64,000 bases of DNA from Eledone cirrhosa. Its lineage: Eukaryota. Numbering within the stretch: position 1 is the stretch's first letter; each line of letters begins with the position of its first letter. Shown here piece by piece: positions 38,509 to 52,382 of this stretch. The stretch is taken from positions 14,446,001-14,510,000 of the forward strand of contig OZ024748.1 in the NCBI GenBank assembly GCA_964016885.1. The letters run 5' to 3'. The notes below the pieces were generated by a model. The model had not been told where the DNA came from and did no database searches. It was given only the letters and a program-made list of their open reading frames with translations. Made by a program: the position numbers and the translations under genes.

Positions 38509-40664
38509 TGGCAAACTAGGCAACCTTTTATAATACAAACTTGAGAAAGGTGGATTATTGAACCTTGAAGGATAATAGTTTTAAAAAGGATAACTAATTT
38601 AAAAAAAGTATGCTTTGAGCCCTGAAGCTCACCAGGCTGGTGCTTATCCTGGTTTCCATGGTGCTAAATGACTGAGAGTACATGACTCCCCACTAGAAAG
38701 GATGCAATCCATCGCAGGGTTAAATCCCCAGCTATTGCTGGTACTCACATTCAGCTAAGTATACTGAATGTGAAATGACGTGTTTTGCTTAGGAACACAA
38801 CACACAGCCCAGTCCACATTTTGAGAGCACAACATTATGATATCAAGCCCAATACCATTAGGACATGCGACTCCACTTATACAAATTAACATAAAAATAT
38901 AATCATTTCCTATTATCAGTTAATACATCACGAAACACCTTTACTGTGTAGAAGCATTGTGGAAATATCCAAACAGAAGACACTTGCCAAAGATACTACA
39001 CAGTGAGACTGAACCCAGAACCAAGTAGATGCAAAGAAAACACCTTAACCACACAGCAATATCCTTGCCTACTTGTGTATTGTATATTGTGAAGGTTGGT
39101 GCTCATTTCTGTGGAAGAACCTGATATGTCTGCAGTTTTGGATCTATAGACTGAACTATTCATTTGACCAAATACCTCCACAGTACCACAAACTGATTGA
39201 TCAGGGTTGACCTGGCACTGCATTATAACAAGCTATTCTATGGAATCAAAGAGTCATCTGTCTGTTATGACAATCAAATTCTTTGTTAGAAACTCCTGCT
39301 AACTACTGGCTTACATTTGAACTGTATAAACTCGTGTAATATTGATTGTTAATATTGGCATGGAGCCATTGAATTTTGGTGGTGGTGAGGTGTGTAGTTA
39401 GTTTGAACAAGTGCAATAATTGACTGGAATGATGGAAAGCAAAGTCATTTTGGCAAGATAATACTAGAATATAGTGATACATAATTAAATGCTGCAATAC
39501 ATTTAATCCAGAGCTCTGCTGTTTGTGCAATTCCACCACACTTAATGCAATTTTCCCTGGTTCCTCTTCATAACCACCATCACCACCACCATCATCATCA
39601 TCATCATCATAATTCAACATCTATTTTCCACGCTTTCAGTGGTTAGAGTAGTCAGAAGACCATGTCTTGTTGATGTATTCTGTTTTTGGCTTGGCTTCTA
39701 CATATGGATACCATTCCTAATACTAACCACTTTATAGCATGTAGTTGGAACATTGTACTGTGAAACCAGCACAAGGTGGGCTGGCTGTTTCCTTATTATA
39801 GCACAAGCATTATAATCACTAATATCATTGTAATATAATTATAATCTCTATATCACATTCAAGATGTTATATATACTAAATACTTGAACAAACCAAATCT
39901 ATGGGCGGCCTAAAACTGTTTTCATATTTCAAACTCATGTGTTCATTCAAAGCAATATACAGTTGACAGGAAAATGGTGTCATGTTAGGACAGAGGCTTT
40001 TACTAAAATAGAAAAACTTCCTTGCAGATGCAACAGTAAAATCTATGTAGTTGTGAAAAGTAACAGCAATAAAAATAACATAACCATATATTTCCTTTAT
40101 ATAGGGTAGAGAGTACACTTTGTACAATGGTAGTTGTGGTGCCATGTTTAAATTATCCAATAAAATACGTAAAGTGATCATGGGAGTGCCATGATAAAAT
40201 ATGCCTAATAATCTCTAAAAAGCTGGATAAACCATGCCCAAATATGGAATTTATGATCAAGATGTGATTATCTAACAACCTACGTAACCCATGGCAAGAT
40301 AGAAAAGCAGATGTAAAATGATGATAATCATGATATATACAGATAGTTAATTTTTGACACTGAAATCCTGATGGAGTCATAGGATTGTCCTGGGCTTTTG
40401 TAACCTGGTAGAGCCCGTCACTCTACAGGTCACTACAGGCAGAGAAAGAGAAAAAGATGGAAAAAGAGGAAGGACTGCCACCAGTAGCAGACTGTACTTT
40501 ACATATTGACTCCAAAAGTATGAAAGGCAAAGCTGACCTCATGAGAATGTTAACTCAGATTGCAGAAAATCCACAAATGAAAATGCAAAGCATTATATCT
40601 GACATTCTTATGACTCTGCCAATTCCCTGCTTATACAAATATACATATATATATAAAAATACAT

Positions 40665-40880
40665 AAATACACACACAAATATATATATATATATATATAC
40701 ATGCATACACAAATTTATATATACATACACAAATATATATATATATATGCATACACAAATTTATATATACATACACAAATATATATGCATACACAAATTT
40801 ATATATACATACACAAATATATATATATATATGCATACACAAATTTATATATACATTCACAAATATATATATATATACAC
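40665..40880. repeat. TA-derived minisatellite (atgcatacacaaatttatatatacatacacaaat(at)n)
   Basis: About four higher-order units visible. Confidence 0.8.
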
Positions 40881-41254
40881 ACACAGAGAGAGAAAGAGAG
40901 AGAGATACAGATATAGAAATAAAGTATAGAATGCAGTGACGTTAAAGAAATATTTGCATAACTGTATATAGAGAGTGAAATGATTGTATAAATAATTATG
41001 TAGGAGGAATTTGATTGAGAAAACTGTAAGTTGTGAGGGTTGTGTTGTCTTAGATAGTGTGATGATATTCCAGAATAAACACACTTCAGTTTTGACATTT
41101 ATAACTCAATTCATCCAATCAAATGTGCTCTCTCTCTCTCTCTCTGTCCCCCTCTCTCTGGACATTGCAATGTTATTTGATTGAGAAAACACTACAACTT
41201 GAAGGAGCAGTCATTTTTGTCATCAATAAACTATCAGAGTGGAAATAAATATAG

Positions 41255-41595
41255 TAATAATAATTGTTTCTACTTTAGGCACAAGGCCAGCAATGTTGGG
41301 GGGAGTGGAAAGTCGATTAAATCGACGCCAGTGCATTACTGGTGCTTTATTTTATTGACCCCGTAAGGATGAAAGGCAAAGCTAACTACAGTGGGATTTG
41401 AACTCAGAACGTCAAGGGCCATAACTAAGCTGCAAAGATTGGTGTCTGACGCTCTACCAATACTGCCAAACCACCATTGATAATAATAATAAGGGTGGTG
41501 GTTTGGCAGTATTGGTAGAGCGTCAGACACCAATCCTTGCAGCTTAGTTATGGCCCTTGACGTTCTGAGTTCAAATCCCACTGTAATTAGCTTTG
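41255..41595. mobile_element. SINE family A copy (minus) with an inverted duplicate of its 5' 100 bp
   Basis: Arms 41377-41476 and 41496-41595, 2 mismatches. Confidence 0.9.
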
Positions 41596-41614
41596 ATAGT
41601 AATAATAATAATTG

Positions 41615-41648
<34 letters not shown>

Positions 41649-41947
41649 TTTCTTTATTAACCACAAGGGTTTACATAAAGTAGACATTAAGGACAGTGCA
41701 GGACAATACAGTACGGTACAAATGGTAATAGTAATAAATTGATAAAAATCACCTAAATTTCATCAAATAAACAAATTTATTCCCCAACAATCCACCTCAA
41801 CAAATGTGTAATCACTACACATTAGAATTAATAGAGGTAAAATACTACAGCTATGGTCGTGATGATGTTAGAAATAGCAATTATAGTTGTAGCTCTATCC
41901 TGCATATATTAGTGTCACACTTGATTAACTAACACAAAATACACCAA

Positions 41948-42003
<56 letters not shown>

Positions 42004-42004
<1 letters not shown>

Positions 42005-42203
42005 AGTGCCAAGGAATGCCATTGGAAGGAAGTCACGGTAGAGTTAGACCAAGTAAGACCTGGACAGAGATTGTGAGAGCTGACGGCAAATCACTGACAC
42101 TGAAAGAAGCAATGACAAAGGATCGCAACGTTGGAGAGATGCCATGCTGAGAAGGACCCATCAAACCAATGCAAGTGTGGTAAAGTGGACATAAGAATGA
42201 CAA

Positions 42204-42208
<5 letters not shown>
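42004..42208 (+). mobile_element. RTE LINE 3' fragment between TA arrays
   Basis: KCQGMPLEGSHGRVRPSKTWTEIVRADGKSLTLKEAMTKDR; related rearranged piece at 43185-43335. Confidence 0.75.
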
Positions 42209-42247
<39 letters not shown>

Positions 42248-42635
42248 TTGGTATATTTTGTGTCAATCAACCTTGAGAAAATGTCTGGCTCAATGACATA
42301 AGGCATTGCCTGGTCCTGAAATCAAACTTGCAACCTCATGATTGTGAATCCAATTCTCTAACCACTAAGCCATGTGCCTTCACTATCTTAATAACAAACT
42401 AATAATTTTACTAAATTCCTTCAATATATTCATTAGCCGATTAAACTAGAGTGTCTTTCATTAGATGTATGGTCAGAAAAGGGTTAAAAATAACCCTCCA
42501 TTCCATCAGCCAACCTTAATATCGATCCTGTTTACAGTGAATTTCATTAGAAATACAGTCATGAAACAGTTAAATAAACTTTACTGAATACAAGATTTAG
42601 AAAAAAAAAGAAAAAAAATAGGAGGTGAGACTTAC

Positions 42636-42828
42636 ATGCACCTGGAAAGGCCAGGATCATCCGTCTTCGAACTCTGTTTGTTGATTGAGCTTTCTTGTCA
42701 CATTCATCAGGGCATTCAGTCCAGGAGCTCCATTCAGATACAACACAATCCATTGGACATGGAATCCGACAACTTTCTTTATCACTTGGCTGACTATAAC
42801 TGTCACAAAGGCTTTCATCCTTCGGGAC
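42636..42828 (-). CDS. THSD7A: THSD7A/B-like exon (193 nt, phase 0-1)
   Basis: gttgtAG acceptor, GTaagt donor; VPKDESLCDSYSQPSDKESCRIPCPMDCVVSEWSSWTECPDECDKKAQSTNRVRRRMILAFPGA (compare recalled human CDAPCPKDCVLSTWSTWSSC...RARSILAYAG). Confidence 0.93.
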
Positions 42829-44145
42829 CTACAACAGCAGTTGACATCAATTAATTAATTATTGAAATCATTAAATTAATTTATTAAAAAATATAAATAA
42901 ATAAAAGCAAAAATAAAATTTCTAAAATTAAAGTTTATTTTAATTATCAAGTGGATAGTATGGGCATGTAGTTGGATTGTCTCAGAAAAAAAAAAATTGT
43001 TGGCCAAACTATAGCTAAAGAAAATATTGATGGGCCACCTAACTCACTGTCTGGCTACCAGGCTTTAGCCTAGTCAGCATCATGCATATGTAATACATGC
43101 AGGTGTGTATACATGCATACATTCACACATACATTCACACATACATTCACACATACATTCACACATACATATGAGCTTAGAAAAAGAAACACAGCGAAAG
43201 CTATAGGCAGATTGGTGAGAGCTGATGTCAAAAAGCTATACCTCACAAAGGGGACACCATTGGAAGGAAGCAAGTCTATACTGCAGGGGAACTATTTAAT
43301 GCATGCAAGCAAGGAAAATAGAGTTTGGTGATGTTGACAAAGGGTATTAAAGTTTTTGAAAACTTAATGTCCTAGTCTCCCTGCACCAAACCCATGGGAG
43401 TATATTAAGAAAAAAAACTATTTCATTTAGTGAGGCGTATGAGTAAATATTCATTTAAATTATTCTGGAGAGAAATATGAGAGAAAAATGTCAAAATACT
43501 GTTTAAATGATTGATTGTAGTGAGAACTATTGATTATATATATTAATAAAGAGAAGATATTGAATATATGTATGTATATGTTTAGATGTAGACATACACA
43601 CATATATATACATATATACATACATACAATACATATATGTATATATATATATGTTATATATATGTGTATATATAGGAAAATGTTTAACCCTGACGGCACA
43701 GTTCGAGACGTTTCGACGGCTAATTCTGAACTATGTATATATATAGAGATAGATATATAGATAGATATACATATGATGATACAGAGAGAGAGATAGAGAG
43801 CGATACCAAATTGGCAGGGCTATTATAATGTCAGTTAGAATGGTTTCTGGTCTACAAATGGCTGACTTTAAATATGGCCAAGGACAACATTGCCTTTCAT
43901 AGTTTCAAGGTCAATATATAAAATACCAGTATGATACTGGGTTCAGTTCTCTCTCTCTCTCTCTTTCATTATTTTGTTCTATATCTCTTTCTAACTTCCT
44001 CTCTCTCTTCCTCTCATTCTCTGGAAGAAAGTGAATGTCTTCAGAAATGGGAGGAGATGAGCTCCACCAGGTTTAAAGTATGTCCAAGAAATGGTGTATG
44101 GCACTATGACACTTCTACAACTTCATCAAGAGTTACAGGTTGAAG

Positions 44146-44176
<31 letters not shown>

Positions 44177-44220
44177 CACACATGTATGTATATAGATTAA
44201 TAAATAATTTACATATTATG

Positions 44221-44566
44221 GAGGCACATGGCTTAATCGTTAGAGCATTGGCCTTGCAATCGAAAGGTTGTGAGTTCAATTCTCAGACCGGGTGATGTGT
44301 TGTTTCCTTGAGCAAAACACTTTATTTCACATTGCTCCAGTTTACTCAGCTGTAGAAATGAGATAATAGGGACTGGGGTCCATATCATTCCACTGCAAAG
44401 TGGTCGTAGAGGTGCCACAGCAAAAAATCACCCAGCACTCACTGTAAATGAGGTTGGTGTTAGGAAGGGCATCCAGCTGTAGAAATCAAGCCAGCATCAG
44501 TTCCCGTCCCACCCTTGCAAGCAGGGAAAAAGCGGACGTAAAATGAAATGATGATGATGATGATGA
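44221..44566 (+). mobile_element. SINE family B copy
   Basis: Full-length forward copy with (GAT)n tail. Confidence 0.9.
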
Positions 44567-44758
44567 TATATATATATATAAATTAATAAACAATTTTTAA
44601 AACACAAATTTCATTCAAAAATATAAAACTTGACGATATTGAATTGATAGTAACAATTTATCACAGCTTGACAGAAGTCTCATGAGGATACAACATGATA
44701 CACACTATTGTCATAACAGTTTTATATGTATATATATGTATATATATGTATATATATG

Positions 44759-44790
<32 letters not shown>

Positions 44791-45380
44791 TATAAATGGA
44801 AAAAAAAAAAAAAAATGATATATGTGTGTGTATATGTGTGTATATATATATTTGTGTGTGTGTATATATATGTGTTTGTGTATGTATGTATGTATGTATG
44901 TATATATGTATGTATATATATATATATATAAAGACATATATATATATATAAAGACATCACTTAATCTATTTTGACACTTTGGCTTATACAGACCCATTCA
45001 ATAGTAATAAAGATACACTGAGCTAATGTAATCTACACCAAAAGATTGTAAATTGTTTGTGTATCCGTGTGTGCAGTGTGGTATATGTATGTGTGTATGC
45101 AGCATGGTGTCTGTGTCTATGTGTGCAGTGTGGTGTGTGTGTGTTTGCAGTGTGGTGTCTCTCTGTGTACATTGTGGTATGTGTGTCTGTGCAGTGTGGT
45201 GTGTATGTAATGTCTATTTATATTTATTTTTCCTTGTACTCCTTTGAGATTTATTTTATAGTATGTTTCTGATGAATTACAATTTCAATATTATGGAAGA
45301 AAAATAGAAAAATAAACTAGTAAAAAATATATATATATTAAAAAATCCTAAATATTATTATTATTATTATTATTATTATT

Positions 45381-45608
45381 GTCCGACCCTCTACCGATAC
45401 TGCCAATCCAAGGGTGGTGGATTGGCAGTATCGGTAGAGGGTCGGACGCCATGCTTTCCAGCATAGTTACGTCCCTTTACGATCTGAGTTCAAATCCTGC
45501 CGAGGTTGACTTTGCCTTTCATCCTTACGGGGTCGATAAAATAAAGTACCAGTAATGAACTGGGTAATTGCTGGCCTTGTGCCTAAAGTAGAAACAATTA
45601 TTATTATT
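45381..45608 (+). mobile_element. SINE family A copy preceded by a 30-bp inverted duplicate of its head
   Basis: gtccgaccctctaccgatactgccaatcca-agggtgg-tggattggcagtatcggtagagggtcggac. Confidence 0.9.
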
Positions 45609-45764
45609 GTTATGTTACTGTTAGAATTAGGCCTCTGTAAAATCTGGAGATGTAGAGCTATGTCGAGTTATGATATATGGCAAATGTGCAGCAACAGCGT
45701 ACATTTGCCAGGCATATAGCAAGAGCTCTAGTATTGACTCCACAATGAAACAGTCCCAGTAAAG

Positions 45765-46107
45765 CAGAGGTTCTCAAACCTTTTGGGCCACCACCCCTCC
45801 CTCACAGCCATGTAATACCTTCAGTGCCCCCCCCCCCCAACCCTATATCCAGAGAGACCTGCCTACATGCAAATTTTAAACAATATATAACAAATAAAAT
45901 TGTTAATTTATATTAAATAAATATTATAATATATACTATGTATAAAATAAATATTATATATTATTTTATTTTACTAGTATTTATATATGACATGTATCAT
46001 TTGATATTTAATATACTATTATATCATCTCTACTGCCCCTTCTCAGCACCTGCTGGACTTTTTCAATGCCCGCTGTAGCGCAGTTGTATCCAATTTGATA
46101 ACCTCTG
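45765..46107. mobile_element. hAT-like non-autonomous DNA transposon
   Basis: TIRs CAGAGGTTCTCAAA ... TTTGATAACCTCTG; flanks cagtaaag/cagtatgt may be a decayed 8-bp TSD. Confidence 0.65.
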
Positions 46108-46188
46108 CAGTATGTAAAGTGGTCAGCAAAAGTGCAGAGACACTGCAATATTGCCCTTTAATCTTAGTGAGAAGAAGGCAACATCTCT

Positions 46189-46383
46189 AATAATGATTGT
46201 TTCTACTTTAGGCACAAGGCCAGCAATTAGCCAGTTCATTACTGGTACTTTATTTTATCGACCCCGTAAGGATGAAAGGCAAAGTCAACCTCGGCGGGAT
46301 TTGAACTCAGATCGTAAAGGGACGCAACTATGCTGGAAAGCATGGCGTCCGACCCTCTACCGATACTGCCAATCCACTGCCCT
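46189..46383 (-). mobile_element. SINE family A copy, inverted relative to 45412-45608
   Basis: Near-identical reverse complement, including the shared gaactgg variant. Confidence 0.88.
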
Positions 46384-48049
46384 TACATCTCTAGTAATGA
46401 TGCCACAATGAAATGCATCCATGTGCACCCAGTAAAGTGGTTGACATTAGGAAGAGAATTCAGCCATAGAGACCATGATAGAAATGGAACATATGAGTGA
46501 GATATCCCTAAACCATCTCAAAGGGAAATAACTCCAAATATGAACTGATCTTGACGGTGACATCTGATCTGGACTGTCCAACCCATGCTATCATGGAAAG
46601 CAGATGTAAGGTGATGGTCATAATGATGATGGTGATGATGTTTTGTGAGACGTTTTCCATTAATTAAATGATTTATGTATTCATTCATTACTAATTATTC
46701 ATTCTCTGTTAGAATCTCTGAGCGTTACTCAATAATCTACTTATAAACCTTTTAATTTCCTTTTCACATTCTGCCTCCCATTTATTTAGAAACAAAGCCA
46801 AAAGTAAAAACAAATAATAATAAATAAATAAAAATAGAAATTGGTCTTTTTACCAATTACTTAGCTAATCACCTTCACAGTTTGACATTAATTCCATTTT
46901 GTTCAGGCAGAAATTACATTTAATAAAAATTTATAAGAAATTTATTTTCTTGAAATGCTTCTAATTTACAATGATGGTAATCTTTTTATTATAAGCCCCT
47001 ATACTTCAAATCCTACTGATGTCAACTTTATCTTTCATCCTTTCCGGGTTCAATAAAATAAAGTACCAGTTAAGTACAAGGGTCGGTGTAATTCATTTTG
47101 CTTTCCCATAAAGATTGCTGGCCTTGTGCCTAAATTAGAAATTATTATAGGTCTGGACTGTAATGGTTTTTTTTTTTGGTGTGTGTATTCGTGTGTGGAG
47201 GCAGAGGGGGATAGGTAAAACGAATTTTATAGCTCAGCACTTTAGAGATATGACTAAGAGTAACAGCTTTCCATATATTTTACATCTATGATTTATGAGA
47301 ATTGGTGAAAACATTTTTAATATTCACACCTTTTACAGCGGATGAAACATTGAGCAATTATCATCACAGAAACTAATTTTATTACAAGACATAAGACTTG
47401 TAATACAATACGTTTTCAGACTATTAACCTCATTTTTACTGATGGAAAATATTTTAATATTTATATTTATGTTGTTATCTCTGATCTTTTACTATGATCT
47501 CTGATCATTCACTATGATCTCTAATAAGTAATCTGATTGGAGATCAAATCATGCCAAGGTCAATTTTTCAGTTCGTTCTCTTTTGGATTTGATAAAATAA
47601 AGTACGAGTTCAGTGCAGTGGATCAGTGGAATTGTTAGAGAGTCAGACAAGATGTCTTTCAGTCTTTGTTCTGGCCCTTTGCATTTTGTGTTCAAATCCT
47701 ACTGTAGCCTACTGAAGTAGTAGATTTAATCCATTCTCTGGTTTAACACAGCTATCTGACTCTTGGGTGCCCTTAGCAGAGCCCAATCTGTTGCAAGTGA
47801 TCAGGTCATGTTTGTGGTATTAGGATACCTTCCTTACTTTCCCATCAGATTTGGAGGCCCTGAAAAGGGTCACTGGCACTTCCTTTCACCCCATCCCTCC
47901 CTCTTATCTAAAAGGAAAACTGTGGAATTCTATTTTTAAACTAACAGTAGTAATGCTCCTTATATCTTCTTCCAATCATCATTTCCACAGAGCGTAGTAT
48001 AAAACATCATATATTTCAATTGGTATTGGACAATGTTCATGATCCTCTT

Positions 48050-48300
48050 TTTTATGCCAATTACTTCACATGAGAGAAGAGCCCTGCTGGAGAAAACATA
48101 CTATTTGTCAGTCTTTTAGGCCAATAATTTCCATGAAAGGGCAGTTTGCTGGAGAAGGTGTATACTAATTTTCAGTCATTTGGGCCAATTATATCCCATG
48201 GGAGGCCATCTTGTTGGGAATGAGGTAGACTATTAGCCAGTCTCTTGAACCAATTATTTCCCATGAAAGGGCAGCTTGTTACAGAATGTTTATACCATCT
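48050..48300. repeat. Degenerate tandem repeat, about 65-bp unit, 3-4 copies
   Basis: Recurrent ccaatta(t)ttcccatgaaagggcag...gctggagaa...tacta...cagtc. Confidence 0.65.
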
Positions 48301-50249
48301 GATGATCATAACTCCACTTTTCTAGTGATAGAAAACAAGATTTGAACTCAGAATTAACAAAAGAGCCAAACTATATACCACAAAGCATTTCTATCCAAAT
48401 TTCCGCAATTCCACTAATCCCCCCCCCCCTCCTTGCTGGACTGGTACTTTGTTATTCATTGACCTCCTAACGGTCACTAATGCATCTGAAGTCACTTTCT
48501 TTAAAATAAAAATGAAATAAAAATGTTAAATTTTGTATTCATTATTTTGAAGTTATTCTGTTAATGTGCAAAAAAATCGCACAGAAAAGATAAGATAAAA
48601 TACATTTCAACCCCAATGTCTTGTGTAATTTATTTAAAATTTTAAAGTAAACAAATTTATTTTTATTCAACAAAGATAGATATAGAAATTTTAAAAAATT
48701 GACAAAAATAAATATATTTTCCTTCTGAAACATCGATAAAAATGTAAATGAAATAAATCTATTTTCTATAAAGTGCCACTTAAGAAAGCAGGACGTAAAT
48801 CACCAAGGAAGAACAATCTTGATAATTTTCCTTAGCTATTATGGTAAAGTGTAGTGTTGGAAGAATTCTTAATAAAATACTTCAGTGAATTTATCAAAGT
48901 CAGATGGCTATTATAATGGTAAAACTAAATGGATTTATATCATCTCAGCATTATTCAGTTAAAATCATATTTAAATTGTTTACATTTATTTCAATATATT
49001 GCATTAAAGGTGAGTCTATTTTGTCAATTCAATGTAGCTATTTATATGAACTCCTATATAAGATCTTTTAGAGTTTCTTAACCTATTTGATACCAAATTT
49101 ATTGAAACTAACCCTAGTTATATGATAAAACCCTATTTATTTTAAAGTATTTATATTTGTATAGAAAAAATGTCCATTATTCCTTCATAATTTTATGTAA
49201 GAACATTTGTTACATTTAACTAATGTATCAAACACTAGCTTAATAATGACAGAGTTGGTTGCTTTATGCATGAAAATTTGATAAATGGAAACTGTAAAAG
49301 CATGTTATAATGTGTGTGTGGTATGTGTATACATATATATATAATTACACACACACACATACATATATATACTTGGCATGGCAATAAAGTCTTTAGAATA
49401 ATAGGCTGTGTGCCATATATAGCAGTAAATGTAGTTAATATTAGTTGAAATTTGAACTGTGTTGTACACATGTGATATTCTGTATGAATGCTGTATTTTG
49501 TCACAGGCCTATACATAATTATTTTGCTGTCATTCTTGTGAGTTTATAATACATGCATTGAACTGCTCAATCCATAAAAGATATTTTCCAGCGGAGAAGA
49601 GTGACAATGATCAAACAATCAGCCTATAATCTTGACTTAAATTTGGGCAATTGTTGGGTGTTCAAGTTATTAAAGCAACATCTTTGAAAATTTGTTTTCA
49701 CTTCATTAGAAGAGGTGGCAGAAGAATCGTTGCATTGATTTTGACAATTGGTGAAGGAATGGTTCCAGAAAGAGTTAATTGCTTTGCATAAACACTAATG
49801 ATGCTATTGTCTTCAATGGAGATAATGCTTTAGAAAATAAATAAGTTTTAGTTTCAATATGTTGTGCATTCTAAAGACTTTATTGTCATGCCAAGTATAT
49901 ATATATTCTACCGTTTTATATATATAACGGTAGAACTAGTTTAAAATTAGTAAGACCATTACTCAACAGAGTACTCGATACTTGGGATAGTAGTGTTTGG
50001 CTATATTATATTTAATTTGTCAATGGGTGACTGAGCTACTCTTTGATCAGTAAGATCTAACCTCTTGTGGGATCAATTCTCTGGCTACATTTTCTGCAAA
50101 TTGCAAAAAACATGCCTGCTGGTAGACATATATACACATACACTCCCATAAATCAACGATAAATATAATTCTTCCTCCACTTCATCCATCTCACCCATCT
50201 CTACACAAGTAAGTTAGCATAAAAATATACACAGATGCACACATAAACA

Positions 50250-50447
50250 CCACTTTCCTGTGTGGACTGGGTGCTTTTTGCGGTGATCCCTATATGACCA
50301 GTTTACAGTGTGGACTGGGTGTTTATTTTTGCAATGCCTACATGACCACTTTCTAGTGTAGACTGGGTGCTTTTTGTCATGATGCCCACACAACCACTTT
50401 ACAGTGTGGACTGGGTGCTTTTTGCTGTGACACCAACATGACCACTT
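50250..50447. repeat. Tandem repeat, about 48-bp unit, derived from the RTE/SINE tail segment
   Basis: accactttacagtgtggactgggtgctttttg occurs four times. Confidence 0.75.
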
Positions 50448-50812
50448 TATATATATATATAATAAAAGAAACTATTGGTTGCCTGTGAAATTCCTTTTGT
50501 CACAACAGAAATATAAACAGACAAGTTTTACCAATGTCTACTTTAGGTATCATTCTATTAGATTACATTTTAATGCACATTTTTCCCCTAATTATCTTCA
50601 GTTGTAATTATTTACATTTCCATATGTTATTAAATTTCCTTAGTTTATTTAATCTATCAACATTTATACTCACACACACACACACATATATATACATATA
50701 TATATACATGCGAAAATTAATTGGAGAAAACATGAGAGATGATGAAGTACAAGAATATATATATACAGATATATATACACATATATAAAAATACATATAT
50801 ATATATATACAT

Positions 50813-50861
<49 letters not shown>

Positions 50862-51694
50862 CACACATATATATACATACACACATACACACACATATAT
50901 ATATATAATGTTTAAGTGGAGGAGGGGAGCAATTTTCAATTATTAACTTATGAGAAGTCTGGCACAACAACTTGATGTCTTCATAATGATTCAATAGTTC
51001 TTAATTTCTAATTATTCAAACTGTGGCAGAGACTTAACGAGAAACAATTTAGTTTTACTTATTACTGTGGTGAAGTATTTTTCTAATAGACTTACACACA
51101 TACACGCACACTGATATTCATATCTTATCTAGTTATAATTTATTTAGACATAATTAATTTGAATATACTGTTCAATGGATTAATTACTTTCTTCTTCTAT
51201 CAGAACATGATTTACACTATGTATAGATTAATTATAATAATACTAATAACAATAATAATTGTTTCTGATTTAGGCATAAGGCCAGCAATTTGGTGGGAGG
51301 GGAAATCTGATTAAATCGACCCTAGTGCATTACTGGTACTTTATTTTATCGACCCCGTAAGGATGAAAGGCAAAGCTAACCTTGGCAGGATTTGAACACA
51401 GAATATAAAGGGACATAATTATATGCTGCTAAGCATATTTTCCAATGCTCTACTGCCCTAGAGTAATTATAATAATAATAATAATGATTTCTACTATAGG
51501 AACAAGGCCAGCAATTTGGAGTGAGGGGAAAGTCAATTAAATTGACCCATGTGTTATTGACGCCTTAAGGATGAAAGGCAAAGCTAAACTCAGTGGGATT
51601 TGAACTCATGCTTAAAGGGACGTAACTATATGCCACAAATCATGGTGTCTGATGCCCTACTGATACTGCCAATCCTCCACCCTAAAGTAATAAC

Positions 51695-51729
<35 letters not shown>

Positions 51730-51941
51730 TAATAGTAATGATCATGATCTGAATCAACAAGATCCCAGACCTCATTTGCTTGCAGAGTGAAGTGGAACTC
51801 ATCGGATTAGATCAAGGAAACAATGCTTAGTCGAACTGCTTAAATTATGGGTCAAAACCACAGACAAGTACATACACATGGGTTGGACAATGTTTTACAG
51901 TTCAATACCCTTCCTAACTAAAATTAGTAAAAGAATAAGAG

Positions 51942-52146
51942 TACAGGGTGAGCATAAAGTCTTTCCACACTGAGATTTTCTTTCATAGATACCATTTTGT
52001 TATTGAAATTACAACTACTTACTGTAGAAGAGAAAATATAAAACATCTTCAGAAAAATTTGAAATTTATAAATTAAAACAATTAAAAAATAAAATCTCAA
52101 AAGGTGGTATTTGATAAGCAGGGAAACGTTTTATGCCCACTTTGTA
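51942..52146. mobile_element. Tc1/Mariner-type MITE
   Basis: TA CAGGGTGAGCATAAA ... TTTATGCCCACTTTG TA; ends 27 nt from the exon donor at 52174. Confidence 0.65.
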
Positions 52147-52173
52147 TACGCCAACGTTTTTAGTAATACTTAC

Positions 52174-52382
52174 GCCATGTACATCAGTACACAATAGTTT
52201 ATTGTGTCTTGTTCCCTGTCCACACAGTCTTTCTGAACTGTCGAGGGAACATATAGTAGATGAGGTAAGATTCCAAGAATAACAGGGGCCAGGATCACAA
52301 GGTTGAGTTTCTGTAATTGGGAGGCAGTTGCTATTTCCTCCATTTGGTGCTGATATACTTTTAAGTGTTCTTGATCTATAAC
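52174..52382 (-). CDS. THSD7A: THSD7A/B-like exon (209 nt, phase 1-0); absent from the ORF track
   Basis: atttctAG acceptor, GTaagt donor; translated by hand GYRSRTLKSISAPNGGNSNCLPITETQPCDPGPCYSWNLTSSTICSLDSSERLCGQGTRHNKLLCTDVHG; phase-compatible with both neighbours. Confidence 0.92.

Noticed and set aside
49400-49867. GIY-YIG or PLE coding remnant inside the inverted arms
   Set aside because: Hand translation gave only vague similarity with multiple stops; not supportable without a profile search.
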